DNA of 64,000 nt from Octopus sinensis (lineage: Eukaryota), in the NCBI RefSeq assembly GCF_006345805.1, contig NC_043019.1, positions 18,909,360-18,973,359 on the forward strand, written 5' to 3'. Under the pieces are notes generated by a model. It did not search any database. It saw nothing but the letters and a program-made list of their open reading frames with translations, and was not told the DNA's origin. Positions 52,750 through 64,000 of this stretch are shown here, in pieces. Each line of letters starts with the position of its first letter. The first letter of the stretch is position 1. The position numbers and the translations under genes were made by a program.

Positions 52750-53340
52750 TCATATACGGTCATTCGGAATGCTCACAGCAGCCATATTCCTACCGCTCTA
52801 TGTCACGCTGGTGAGACCCATATCGGAGTACAGGATTCATGCCTCTTCTCCTTATCTCCTCAAAGACATACAGCATCTCTAAAGAGTCCAGAAGCTGGCT
52901 ACCCGCATGGTTCATGGTCTCAAGAATTTGTCTTATGAAGAAAGGCTGAAGACGCTCGACCTTTATTCTCTAGAAAAACGCTGCCGCCGTGGTGATCTCA
53001 TTCTCGCTCACAACATCATAAGCAGAAAGTGTAACCTCTCGAAAGAGCTGTTCTTCACTCCTGCTCCAGAGTGTCGGCTGCGGGGTCATTCCGAAAAGCT
53101 CTATCTGCGACGATTTCATCTCAATCGAAGGAGAGGGGCTTTCTCTGTCCGGGTTGCGGATCCGTGGAACAAGCTGCCAGACGAGATGAAGATGCCGATG
53201 ACCGCTTTGTTCAAAGCCTCCCTTGACCTCAAGTGGCCTGAACTCTTTACTTGAACACCACCCTGTACATAACTCCATGTCCCCCTACATGGCCTTGCTT
53301 TTTGCTTTTTGAGCCAAAAATTAACTAACTAACTAACTAA
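52750..53340 (+). mobile_element. 5'-truncated CR1-group LINE (RT C-terminus, 3' UTR and (TAAC)n tail)
   Basis: LYVTLVRPI.EY...RVQKLATRMVHGLKNLSYEERLKTLDLYSLEKRCRRGDLI...LRGHSEKL...FSVRVADPWNKLP; tail ttaactaactaactaactaa. Confidence 0.85.
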
Positions 53341-53422
53341 CATTTGATGTAATCCTAAATCTAATTTTTCCCTGTAAGTTTGGATATAATCCCTAATATT
53401 ATTATTATATATATATATATAT

Positions 53423-53717
53423 GGAGGCGCAATGGCTCAGTGGTTAGGGCAGCGGACTTGCGGTCGGAGGATCATGGTTTCGATTCCCAGACCGGGTGTT
53501 GTGCATGTTTATTGAGCAAAAACACCTAAAAGCTCCACAAGGCTCTGGCAGGGGGTGGTAGTGACCCCTGTTGTACTCTTTCGCCACAACTTTCTCTCAC
53601 TCTTTCTTGCTATTTCTTGAGTAACGCTGCGATGGACTGGTGTCCCGCCTGCTGGGGGGAACACATACGCCACAGAAACCGGGCCCATGAGCCTGGCTAG
53701 GCTTGAAAAGGGCGACA
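53423..53717 (+). mobile_element. SINE family C copy with tRNA-like head
   Basis: GGAGGCGCAATGGCTCAGTGGTTAGG (A box)...GGTTTCGATTCCC (B box). Inverse partial copy at about 14197-14440; related pieces at about 21900-22070, 30270-30360, 40530-40680, 62150-62370. Confidence 0.75.
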
Positions 53718-55485
53718 TTATATATATATATATATGCACACACACACACACACACTTCTCTGACCCCTTATATCCTTTCCTTTATTATTAATAAAGTTCT
53801 GATTTATGTTGATCATCTTTAGCCATTTACTTAGCGATTTTAGGAATAACTGGCCCTATTCAATGCACAAGATCTAATTTCTGCTTAGACAATTGCTGAT
53901 TCTGTCAGATGTTGAAATAACCATTTCAAAAGTTCTCTGAATTATCATCTGAGCTGCCAGCAACATCTTCGTTTGGGTAATGTGAAAAAAGGGCAATTGT
54001 GTTGCTGTGCAGCTGGGGTCATTTTCCTCGCAAAAGAAGTCAATAGAATGAATACTAGGGTCAATTTGTTTGACTAAAACCCTCCAAGCTAGTGCCCCAG
54101 CATGACCAGAATCCAATAACTGAAGCAAAAAGGTATCCCTCCCAACAAAAATTTGCTGCTCGTGTTTCACTCAGTACGAGTTTGACAAAGGACTAAAAAT
54201 AAAAGACCAGACATAATTAAACATCTTAATTAAACGATCCAACGTCCAAATAACCTCAATCAACATTAGGACATTCCATTTATTACGAGGGGAGAGGGTC
54301 GTCAATAAAATTCAGTTTTGAATGTTGTTTTCTGAATGTATGGATGTGTACAATTATGTGTGTGTATGTGTGTGTGCGTGTGTGTACTGTCTCCATAAGA
54401 CGGCCAAATGATGGGTGACGTTTGCGATCCTTGCAGTTTTGGTCAGGATGATTTGGCTGATGTCCAACTTGAACATCTGCCAGGAAGTAAACATACATCA
54501 TCCGAATGTCTATTTTTTCCATGCTTGCAAAGGTGAAATGGAATTTGTTGAGGTGGATTTCAACAGCCGGATGCCCTTGCTGTCACCAACCCTCACCTGT
54601 TTCCATGTAAGGTAATATTTACCCTTGACCAGGCATGTTTTCATGGAAGACTGGGAATGAAGGACACCACATCACTTGCCTGATGGTGAAATTTGCTTAC
54701 AAGTATCACTTGATATCAAAACATGCCTCAAATAAACTCCATCCGACCCATGCATGTATGAAAAAGCGAATGTTAAAATGATGATCATGAATCATTTGGT
54801 TAACCATTTAATCAACTAATTGACTCTTTGCTTAATCATTTGGTCAGTCAATCAATCAACCAAGTTTATCAAAATCCTTTACAAATTGAGTTGATTGATT
54901 GGCAGAACGATTAATCAAACACATGATTAGTTAATTGGTTAAATGGTCAACCAATTGACAAATTCAAAAACAGAATCAGTGTGAGTGTGTTTATTATTGG
55001 CAAAGTGACCCTCCCAACAACAACTGTTGTAATATCAATAACAAGTAATGAAGAGAATATCATAAGAACTGAACTGAAAGGGTTTGGTGAAATGAAACTG
55101 GAAACAGGTTTTGTTGTGTCCAGAGATAAATGTTGAAGGTGACGAGATGTGTTGGAGTGGCTGCTTTAGAATTTGCTTTGGGAATGGAATTTGGCATTTT
55201 GGTATGAGGAGTCTTTTAGAGGTGCTGTTTCTGCGTGATGGTTGGTTTGACTTTATTGGCCATGGACTCACATACACAGTCAGTTTGTTATTGGTCAGCT
55301 GGCTATTTTAGGGACATCGGACTGAGATTAATTAAAAGTGTAATGGAATTATTTTAATTAAGAGTGGATATATATAAACACATAAGAAAAAGAGTGATGA
55401 AAGAGAGAGTGAAAAAGAGTTCATTAATACAGGGAAGCGATAGAAACGAAACGTCTCAAAGTGATGGAAGATGTGCCATACTTAC

Positions 55486-56781
55486 TGATACCCAAAATAA
55501 TAATTGCTGCTCCGAATGAGATACCAATTATTTCTGGTGTGCTAAGATATGTGTCCGTAGCATGGGTGCCGGAACTGGTATCTGTGGAGTAATTGGATGC
55601 CACCCGGGTATGGTCACTGGAGAGGGGACCCAATGTGGAAAGTGTCCGTGTGCCGTTGGCAATGAGGGCAGGGTTGTCACCACCGGTAGACGGACCCGAT
55701 GTGAAGGAGTTCAACATGCCAGTATCAGGATGGGTAGTGGTGGTGGTGGTGGTGGTGGTGGTTGCAGCGCCCCCTGTTTGGGTGGCATTGTTCACCGTTA
55801 TCACAACCTGGCTGCCGCTGCTGCTGCTGCTACTATTACCTCCTCCTCCGCTACCCCCACCACTCCCACCACCACTGCTGCTACTGCTGCTGTTGCTGCT
55901 GCTGCTGTGAGTCTGGGAGATATTCATTGCTATTTCTGCTGCCGCCGCTGCTGCTGCTAATGTGCTTTGTGGTATTGTTGTTGTTGTTATCCCTGTTGTC
56001 GTCTGCTGGACCCTAAATGGTGACCAAGTTCTAACTGATGTTGCGCTCCGGGCTGAACGGAGCTTCACAACAACACAACACTGTCCTCTCTCAACGAATT
56101 CTTCAAAGTTCAGTAATTTCTTTCTCAAAGTGGAACTCTGGTGAGTTTGCATGTTTCTCACATGGTCCGCTGACTTTGTGGCAATCGCAATCGTCAGTGG
56201 AAGGAGCGGATGAGCGCGACTGCGTGTCGTCTTCGTCGTTGGAAGTGGAGTGTTAGAAGAAGGAAAGGAAGGAGCCTGGCGCAAAGTGCTGCTAATCTTT
56301 GGCGTGATTAGATTTCTGCGAAGTATTCGTTTTCTTTGCAGGACAAACCCCAGAGACTGGCTCAAAGGGCCAGACCTCTGGCCAGAGATATTAGACGAAA
56401 GGGTTAAAGGCTGTTGTGTTGACAAACTTTCCAATCTGAACATTGGCCGTGAACTACTTGGGTCACTCTGGCTATTGCTTTTGGCTGCATGCTGGCTAGT
56501 AAGGGTGGCCAAATGCTTCATGGACGGAACAGTAAATTTCCTGGTAGACAATGACAGGTATTGTGTGTAGGCCTGTTGCTGCTCTTGTTTGTGTGGTTGG
56601 TGATGGTGAAAGTGCTGGGGTTGCCTGGGAAATTCTTGGGTCTCCTGCTGCTCATGAGAGATCTTAGATGGGTCACGGTCAACTAGTTCGGAGACCTCTT
56701 TTTCCGTGGCAGCTCTGACTCCAGAAGTGCATTCTAAAGAATCTGGACCGAATAAAATTATCAGCACAAGTAGTGGAACAT
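55486..56781 (-). CDS. Large ectodomain exon of an unnamed single-pass (type I) membrane protein; S/T-rich, mucin-like
   Basis: Open 1296-nt exon between tttttcag| and A|gtaagt (phase 1-1). Hydrophobic start (VPLLVLIILFG), basic clusters RKRILRR and RSAR, poly-A/S/G/T tracts; ends with the first part of a TM helix (IIGISFGAAIIILGI). Confidence 0.8.
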
Positions 56782-56907
56782 CTGAAAAACAAATGGTGTA
56801 AAAAGAGATTTTAAATAGCAACAATTCATTTTCTTTCAGTTTTGTAATCATCATCATCATTTTCATTGTTATTGATTTATTTTTACATAAGCTCCTCCAA
56901 GACTCAC

Positions 56908-56974
56908 CCAGAGACCTCAAGTAAAGGCAAGTTGGACATCTCACTATGGCTGTTGTTTTAGGAGTAGCATAGGA
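56908..56974 (-). CDS. Possible upstream exon of the membrane-protein gene
   Basis: cag|SYATPKTTAIVRCPTCLYLRSL G|gtgagt. Strong donor in phase 1, matching the large exon; no in-frame ATG and only a moderate acceptor. Confidence 0.35.
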
Positions 56975-57072
56975 CTGCTAGTTTAGGAAACGGTGATCAA
57001 AGAATTAAGAATTCCAATATTATTATATTATATTATATATTATTATATATCAAAGAATGAGAATTAAGATTC

Positions 57073-57110
<38 letters not shown>

Positions 57111-57111
<1 letters not shown>

Positions 57112-57305
57112 GGTGCCAGGTTGGCAGAATGGTTAGCAGTATTTTGTCTGCTGCTACGCTCTGAGTTCAAATTCTGCCGAGGTTGACTTTGCCTTTTGTC
57201 CTTTTGGGGTCAATAAATTAAGTACCAGTTGAGTACTGGGGTCAATGTGATCGACTGTCCCCCTCCCCACAAAATCTAGGCCGTTTGCCTATAGTAGAAA
57301 AGATT
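57111..57305 (+). mobile_element. SINE family B copy flanked by (ATT)n
   Basis: TGGCAGAATGGTTAG...CTGAGTTCAAATTCTGCCGAGGTTGACTTTGCCTTT...AAGTACCAGTTGAGTACTGGGGTCAAT. Other copies at about 1-145(-), 5728-5850, 13490-13620(-), 14735-14910, several in 44070-44730(-), 61730-61950. Confidence 0.8.
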
Positions 57306-59204
57306 ATTATTATTATTTTCCATGATTTGTGAGTCATTTTTCTTGAAACAAGACTCAAGAATGTTTTGTTGAGCATGAAGAACAACAAGAATGTCTTAAC
57401 AACAAATGCCAAGTCAGAAGAAACTGTCCAACAATGTTTCATAGATCCTAGAATTGCTATTTTCGGGAACTAAATGCCTTTACCTTGTTCTGAAAAATAC
57501 AGACATACATTGATGAAAACATTCATTGATAGATTCTACTTATTTAAGGATGTCATCAAAATGAATTTAAAATGTATTTTTGGCATTTTTATTCCGGAGA
57601 AAGACATCAGGTTTATTATTGCATGAATATCAAATTCACTTAGATTTGCACACCTAATAGGGACGGACCCTTCATCAGCATTTTGATATCCTCTTTTCCA
57701 TGTTTGTGTGGGTCAGATGGAATTTGTTGAGGCAGATCTGTCAATGGCTGGATGCTGTTCCTGTCACCAACCCTCATCCATGTCCAAATAAGGTCGTTTC
57801 TTCAATGCTAAATATGCTTCTCATGGAAGTTTGCAAATGCCATCACTTACATGATGGTGGGGCTCACTGATAGCCATCAACTGGTGTTAAGAGAAGATAC
57901 TCATGTGCACACATGTACATACATATACGAAGGGGCTCCTCCTTTCAGTTTCCACCTACCAAATTTACTTACAATGCCTTGGTTGACCCCCTCCCCCAGA
58001 TCTATAATAGAAGACATTCACCCAAGGGGATGCTCAACCATGTGCTCTCAGACCCCATGGTTGGGAAGCAAGCTTCTTAAACTACACAGCCACACATAAA
58101 AACAAAAACTATTCATACATGAGACCAAAGTATTTTGGATAAACATGTGAAGTCCCCAAATGGTCGTCGGTTAGAACGAATGAGATAATAATTTCTTCAT
58201 AATATTTGAATTTGAAATTAAGGATCAAAAAGATGCACAGAATATACATTTTTGTTTTTGCTTCCTTATTACAAAGGATTACAAATATATAAAATAGCGT
58301 GGTAGGGAGGGCAGGGTTTGCAGCAAACTGGATCTGGTCCATGGCTCATATATTTGACCCCTCTGTGTTATTTGGTCATCTGTTTTTAGATTAAGGTGGA
58401 GTTTCACCCTTGTGCTAAACTCTACACAAGTTGCCGTCATTTTGTCAGAGCTAATGAGAAACAGCAGAGTTTTACATCCTCTTAGAACAACTGGCTGCAA
58501 CTTAGAAGATGCTGTCTCTCTCCTGTCAATTTTGCCCAGAAGAAAGACTCTATTGAATCTTCCTCGTGACAACTTCACTCTGTCTAATAATGCTAACTTC
58601 TGTTCTTCAGTTTACAGTTTCATCCTCGTGTTTATACAATCAACAATGTTTGCAGTTATTTTGTGTTTTATGTGATGTGACCTTGCAGTCAAAAAAACAA
58701 AAAAATCATTATCAATGGTGTGTGTGAAAGGATTGAAAACAAAACTATTTCTCTGATGAAACCCTCCTCAATTACTTAAAATTTCATTGAAAACAAAATG
58801 GAGAGTAAGATGTTGTCTTTTAATGAATTTGTTGAGCAGTGGGTGCAAGTTATGAGAACATGCAAAAACCTAAAGCAATGATGATGATGATGCTTTGTGA
58901 CTGTTTTGTCTGTAATGTTTTATATAATGAAGCCCTTGTGGTCAATAAAGAAAGGAGTATTATTATTATTATTTAAGAATAATAAGTTGCAGGAGAGCAA
59001 GAGTGAGCCAAGGGATTTGATCCCAAGTCCCTAATCAACCCTACATAAATAAACTGTCAAGTTCACAACTGGGACTCTGTTACTGTCGTCATTGATTGAT
59101 CAAAGCAACTTATAAGCAAATACATTCTAACTGTGACCATCCAGTCTTATTTGTTTTCAAGCTAAACAGCAAACAATACAAAAACAAAAAAACTGATTGC
59201 TTAC

Positions 59205-59320
59205 ATCTATGAGGATGAAGCAGCCAAAAGGTCTGTAGCATCTGTCGGTCTCAACATGGGCAAGGCAGGTGTCTGATACGAGATGCAGCACTTGGTGAGG
59301 GCTCCAACAGTGACATCAAC
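59205..59320 (-). other. Exon-like segment, possibly a 5' UTR exon of the membrane-protein gene
   Basis: ccccttatttag| acceptor and GAT|gtaagc donor; all three frames contain stops. Confidence 0.3.
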
Positions 59321-60466
59321 CTAAATAAGGGGTTTGCCTTGTACAAGGGTCCTACAACAAAGGAAACAAAATTTAATGTTTAGCAAACAACAACAACAGT
59401 CAAGATGTAATGAAATAAGCAACCCTGGTGGAAAAGAAAAAAACAAACCCACAAATCCAGGTTGGTTCATTATGACACAAGTGGACGACGATGATGATGA
59501 TGATGAAAGTCAACAAGGATGAGTCGGACGCAGGTGTGTTATTGGATGTGGGACCAACCAAACATCAATGGGGTCGATGATGCACAGGCATGGCTGGGTG
59601 AGGAAGAAACTCACTTTGTAACCTTGTGGTTTGGAGTTCCATCCCAGGGCACAGCACCTTGGGCAATTATCTTTTACTATATCCCTGGATCAACCGATGC
59701 CTTGTGAGGGGAGTATATATGTTTGTGTGTGTATGTGACTTTGTCTTTACTCCACCCACTGCTTAACAACTGGTGTCAGTTTGTTTACGTCCCTTAACTT
59801 AGCAGTTTGGCAAATAGAGATTGACAGAGTAAATACTGTGGTCAATTTATTCAATCAAACCCTTCACAGTGGTGTCCCACTATGGTCACAGTCCAATGAC
59901 TGAAACAAGTAAAAGACCCTTTTACAATAAAGAAAAAAAGAAAAAAAAAAGGGATTTTAATCTGTTCAACTACCGAGACATCCCTCCATTTGTCCATCTC
60001 TTTGTAGCCTCTCTTTCTAATTCTCCTTTTTGTGCTTCCATTCATTCATCTATTTGTCTGTCAATCCATCTATTTGTATTTTTATGCTTCTAATTCTCTT
60101 TTCTGTCTCTATTCATCCATCCATTTGTCTGTCAATCCGTCTGTCCATGCACCAAACTAGTCAGATCTATATTAGCTATAAAAGAGAGAAGTAAAACTAT
60201 GCAAACAAAACAAAAAAAACCACCCCTTAAGCTGTGTAGAAATTTTAGAAGCCACAAAACTGAGCCAAATAGTTTGTATGAGTGAGTAAGAGAGTGTCAG
60301 GTTGTTCTTTGTTGGCCAGAAAAAGAGACAAAAATCTTGTGATACATTAGTCTCAACTTTAATTGGGGAAATAGCCAAAAGCAAGCACCCAGCTCTTTCC
60401 CTTCTGCTCAAGAGATTGTGCCAATACTTACTGACAGATGAATGCAAGCTGCTAGAAGAATCTATG

Positions 60467-60527
<61 letters not shown>

Positions 60528-60531
<4 letters not shown>

Positions 60532-60842
60532 TTATCGCCATACTAATATGGCATTCTTATAAAAATAAGAAAAAAGCTGTCCGCTTATTAGCTCCATGAG
60601 GCCATCGCCTTAAGTTAGCTATTTGATACACAAACTGTATCCATATAACCTTCGAACAAGGGAGGTCAGTCGCTCCACACTACTTGACCGGCAGCTACAG
60701 ACGCGTTTCGGGGTATTGCCCCTTTTCAATGCAGCGTAGCCAGCCAGTAGGTGTCGCTTCCGACAATCTCTAATGGAGCTAATAAGCGGACAGCTTTTTT
60801 CTTATTTTTATAAGAATGCCATATTAGTATGGCGATAACTAT
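60528..60842. mobile_element. Non-autonomous inverted-repeat element carrying the hammerhead; probably a Penelope-like derivative
   Basis: Perfect 70-bp inverted repeats (60528-60597 / 60773-60842) flank the ribozyme. The element sits between (TA)n tracts at about 60475-60527 and 60905-60940. Confidence 0.65.
60694..60735 (-). ncRNA. Minimal type I hammerhead ribozyme (Penelope-like-element style)
   Basis: Minus strand reads GCUGCA-UUGAAAA-GGGG caaua CCCC-GAAA-CGCG-UC^UGUAGC: 6-bp stem I, core with U3:A8 replacing C3:G8, 4-bp stem II, GAAA, palindromic ACGCGU stem III, GUC cleavage triplet (cut between 60700 and 60699). Confidence 0.75.
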
Positions 60843-60902
60843 TATTTTCCGGGAACGCTGCCGCTGTTCTCTTTTAGAGAGACTTAGTTATTTTAATATT
60901 TC

Positions 60903-60943
<41 letters not shown>

Positions 60944-61263
60944 CATTTGAGTAAATAAAGTAAAATTATAGTCCAAAGGACTTGGCAAATAATAATCTCA
61001 AAAACCAACGACAGAGAAACTTCAAAGACACACAATGGCCTCAAATGTAGCAACACTTAATACTTCGTTATTTTACTGAATGGGGGGACATTAATACATT
61101 CATTTTGTAATTGGAGAACAACAATGTGTTTGGGTACAGGTCTCCAACAAACCTGTCACAGGTTTGCTGCATTTTTGTTGACAGCACAAAAAAAAAAAGG
61201 ACAAATATCACAAACAATAGTTTGGTTTGAAAATTTTAACCCTTCTTTACATCCTTTCCTTAT

Positions 61264-61335
<72 letters not shown>

Positions 61336-62804
61336 AATAGCACAAGGTGAATGAGGGAGAGAGAAAGTGTTAGTACAATGTGAGTGGTAACAACAGGTTG
61401 ACTAAACACTAGAAAAAGTAAAAATAAAAAGTTGTGCACAGTGAATTGTATGCTGAAAGAAAGGAAAGGAAAAAAAAACAAACGAGAAAACTGACGTTTC
61501 GGGCACACAACCTTTCATCAAACGTAGAATAAGAAAGGTATAAGTAAGAAAATAGAAACAAGAAAATAAAGAATATCTGTTTAAAGCACATGTGCAAGTG
61601 GACTCATTGATCAATTGAAGGTTATGGTAGCAGACACTCATCCAAGGGGCCATGCAAACTAAACAACTACCTGTACAGGTAGAGCCTTGTGTTTATATAA
61701 TAACAAAATTATTATTATTGTTGATAGGGTAGAAGGTTTGCAGAATTGGCAGATCATTGAACAGAATACCTTGTGGTATTTAGTTACGATTCCTCACATT
61801 CTAATGATGGTTTGGTACAATTGTTAAAATGTCAGACAAAAATGCTTTGTGCTATTTCAGCCAATTCTTTACATTCTGAGTTCAAATCATACCTATATCA
61901 GTTTTACCTTTTATCCATTGAGGGTCAATAAAATAAGTACAGGTAGACCCCTAACTTTCTGACAAACGAGGTCTGCCACCTCCTTTCATCTGGATGAATA
62001 TAAGTGGGGAAGTTGAAATTTCTGTGGCTGCCAATTTAGTTCACTGTGCGGCCATAGGTGGCGTTGTGCGTTCCGTGTGTTTACATACATTATTTACACT
62101 GCACTTATTAGTGGAAACAAGTTGCAGCCTTTGGACTAATAAGGCTGCAGCTTAAACTGGCTTCCATTGTGTTTGAGTGAGTGAGATTACAACAGAACCT
62201 CATGGATGGGACACCAGTCCATCTCAGGGTTAACTTCCCCAGTTATTGCTGAAACTCATTTACAGCTGAGTGGACTGAGCAATGTGAAGTGAACTGTTTT
62301 ATTGAGTGGAAAATAAAACACTGCTTCATCTGAGAACTGAAAAGAACAAAATTTACAATTGCAAGCGCAACACTCTAAACATTGACTTGCACATATTCTT
62401 GTCCTGGTTTTGGGAAAATTTTTAAACCATTAAATTTTATTAAACCCAATTGAAATAATACCAAATCTACTTCTTCTATCATCTTCAGAGACATTGGCTA
62501 ATGTAGTCATCCACATCCCTAAAAGATGCAGAGGTCATGACACAGATTGAGAGAATGGCTTCTATGTTCATAACCCTCCTCCTAAGAAACACCCGTTCAG
62601 AGGAACATGACTGGAACCCACAAGATATGTTGGTGTTAATTTGTTCTCTGAAATGAATAAAACTGACTAATTAAAATAAATTCCAATCATATCAATAAGC
62701 AAGATATTTGTTGTTAAAGTTAACAATTCTTGCACTCGCCAAAAACAACAAAACTTCTGGTTTTAACATAAAAAGCAGAATTGCTGCACGACATCAGTTT
62801 CAAA

Positions 62805-63140
62805 ATGGCTGACACAAGTGATGAGAACATGTCATCCATTTCTTCAGTGGACATCGGCCTTCGTTTGTCTTTGGAAGAGTCATCTTTGGACAATACGAAT
62901 GATGATGAAGTTGTCCAACACATTGCACCATATGGATTGGAACCAGAAGCATCATATTTAGAAGAATCCAATTCATCGTTACTGGCCGCTGACCGTGACG
63001 AGGAAGGTGAGCCTCGATGAGGAAACAGTAAATGGTTCTAGAAACATTCCCAACCAAAATTGTTCAAATGATCAAATACTCTGGCCTCAGGTTAGTTGAA
63101 AGTATGTGTGTATTCTATCTAGGACATGAATTTTACATGC
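62805..63140 (+). pseudogene. Degenerate acidic ORF resembling the P2X7-C-terminal-like proteins that accompany some THAP DNA transposons
   Basis: caaaATGGCT start; IAPYGLEPE (PY.FEP-like), acidic tract, then R*GNSKW (R.GN..W-like) and a later TCC. Identification rests on recalled motifs only. Confidence 0.4.
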
Positions 63141-63779
63141 TGTGGAGTCCACCAGGCTGACCAGGACGAAGATATCGGGACAATTTAATTACTTTAATTA
63201 GACTATTAAGCTTTGCTGTGACAATTATCAAAGTGACATTGTTGTAAAAGTATTAATTCTCTATAATTAGCCTCTTGTTTTGTTATAAGTCATAAATTCT
63301 TACAGTATAAACAAGCTGAATACAACAAGAGGCCTATTTTCAAAATGACAGGTCGTTTTGTACATCCCACATTTCTATGCAATATTGCAAAACAATAACA
63401 TTTCTTAATGTCTGTTATTATTTACCTTTATCCTATCCTACATTGACCTACAAGCATTTTAATTACATTTCAAAACATAAAATTCAACAATATATGCTGA
63501 TTGATAAATGAAGTGATAGCCTGAGGTCGGCTTGTGTATATTTAGGTTACCTCGGGTGTTATAACCTTTCGAGGCTTTTTGAACCAATCGCTCAAAGTTG
63601 AATTTACTATTTAGTTTTTAAAACTGTAATATAGAAATTTGTGGTCGTGGATTTATATGCAACAATCATGAGTGATATTAAACAATAATCTTTTTCTTTC
63701 CCTTTTCATAATGGCTGGGCATTCTTGTGTGGGGATAGGGATGACAAGAATGCCTCATTGAGATCATCCAGTTTCCTCT

Positions 63780-64000
63780 TGGGATAAATAGGCAGTAGGG
63801 ATCTCAGACATAAACACTTCCTCCTTTTTTATTCTGAACTCCTTCATAAGCAAATATTGCACTTCAAAACAGTTTGGATTAAAATGCTCTCAACAAACCC
63901 TGGTGTGCTGTGAAGGTCCAGACCACTGCTCTTGTGAGCGTCACAAACCGAGTCCATGCTGCTTGCTGTCGCTCGTCTTGGGGGGAAAATGTGTACAGAA
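63780..64000 (-). pseudogene. Degenerate THAP zinc-finger domain, probably a transposase N-terminus; runs off the window
   Basis: With two frameshifts and a stop: SVHIFP/QDERQQAAWTRFVTLTRA/QWSGPSQHTRVC*EHFNPNCFE...EIPTAY, containing the THAP FP, W, C-x-x-HF and PT signatures. Confidence 0.7.

Noticed and set aside
53423-53495. tRNA-like sequence with A and B boxes
   Set aside because: Continues into a SINE body found elsewhere in the window; no complete cloverleaf. The same applies to 30270-30360.
55562-56570. Several + strand ORFs of 60-132 aa
   Set aside because: Antisense to the large membrane-protein exon and driven by trinucleotide repeats.

Overview
AT-rich, microsatellite- and SINE-dense animal genomic DNA. 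The repeat families look like those I recognise from octopus genomes; that assignment is inference. Three protein-coding loci are supported. (1) An intronless, N-terminally truncated STIP1/HOP gene on + (7233-8207; TPR2A-TPR2B-DP2 only) with a TATA box at the expected distance. (2) A four-exon MKRN2OS-family gene on - (32886->17022, 214 aa, all splice phases consistent). (3) An unnamed type-I membrane protein on - with a 1.3-kb S/T-rich ectodomain exon, a transmembrane helix split across two exons and a PDZ-ligand-like C-terminus (exons 56781-55486, 50051-49930, 49223-49107; start codon unresolved). The rest is mobile-element derived: tRNA-derived SINEs, RTE and CR1 LINE fragments, Tc1/mariner, Helitron and THAP/Kolobok-like remnants, a probable solo LTR, Mutator-type MITEs with 9-bp TSDs (one carrying a nested MITE), and several long inverted repeats. 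The most striking non-coding feature is a structurally complete minimal hammerhead ribozyme with a compensatory U3:A8 core inside a 70-bp-arm inverted-repeat element inserted in a (TA)n tract, plus several decayed hammerhead relics. Coordinates were read by hand; repeat boundaries are approximate.
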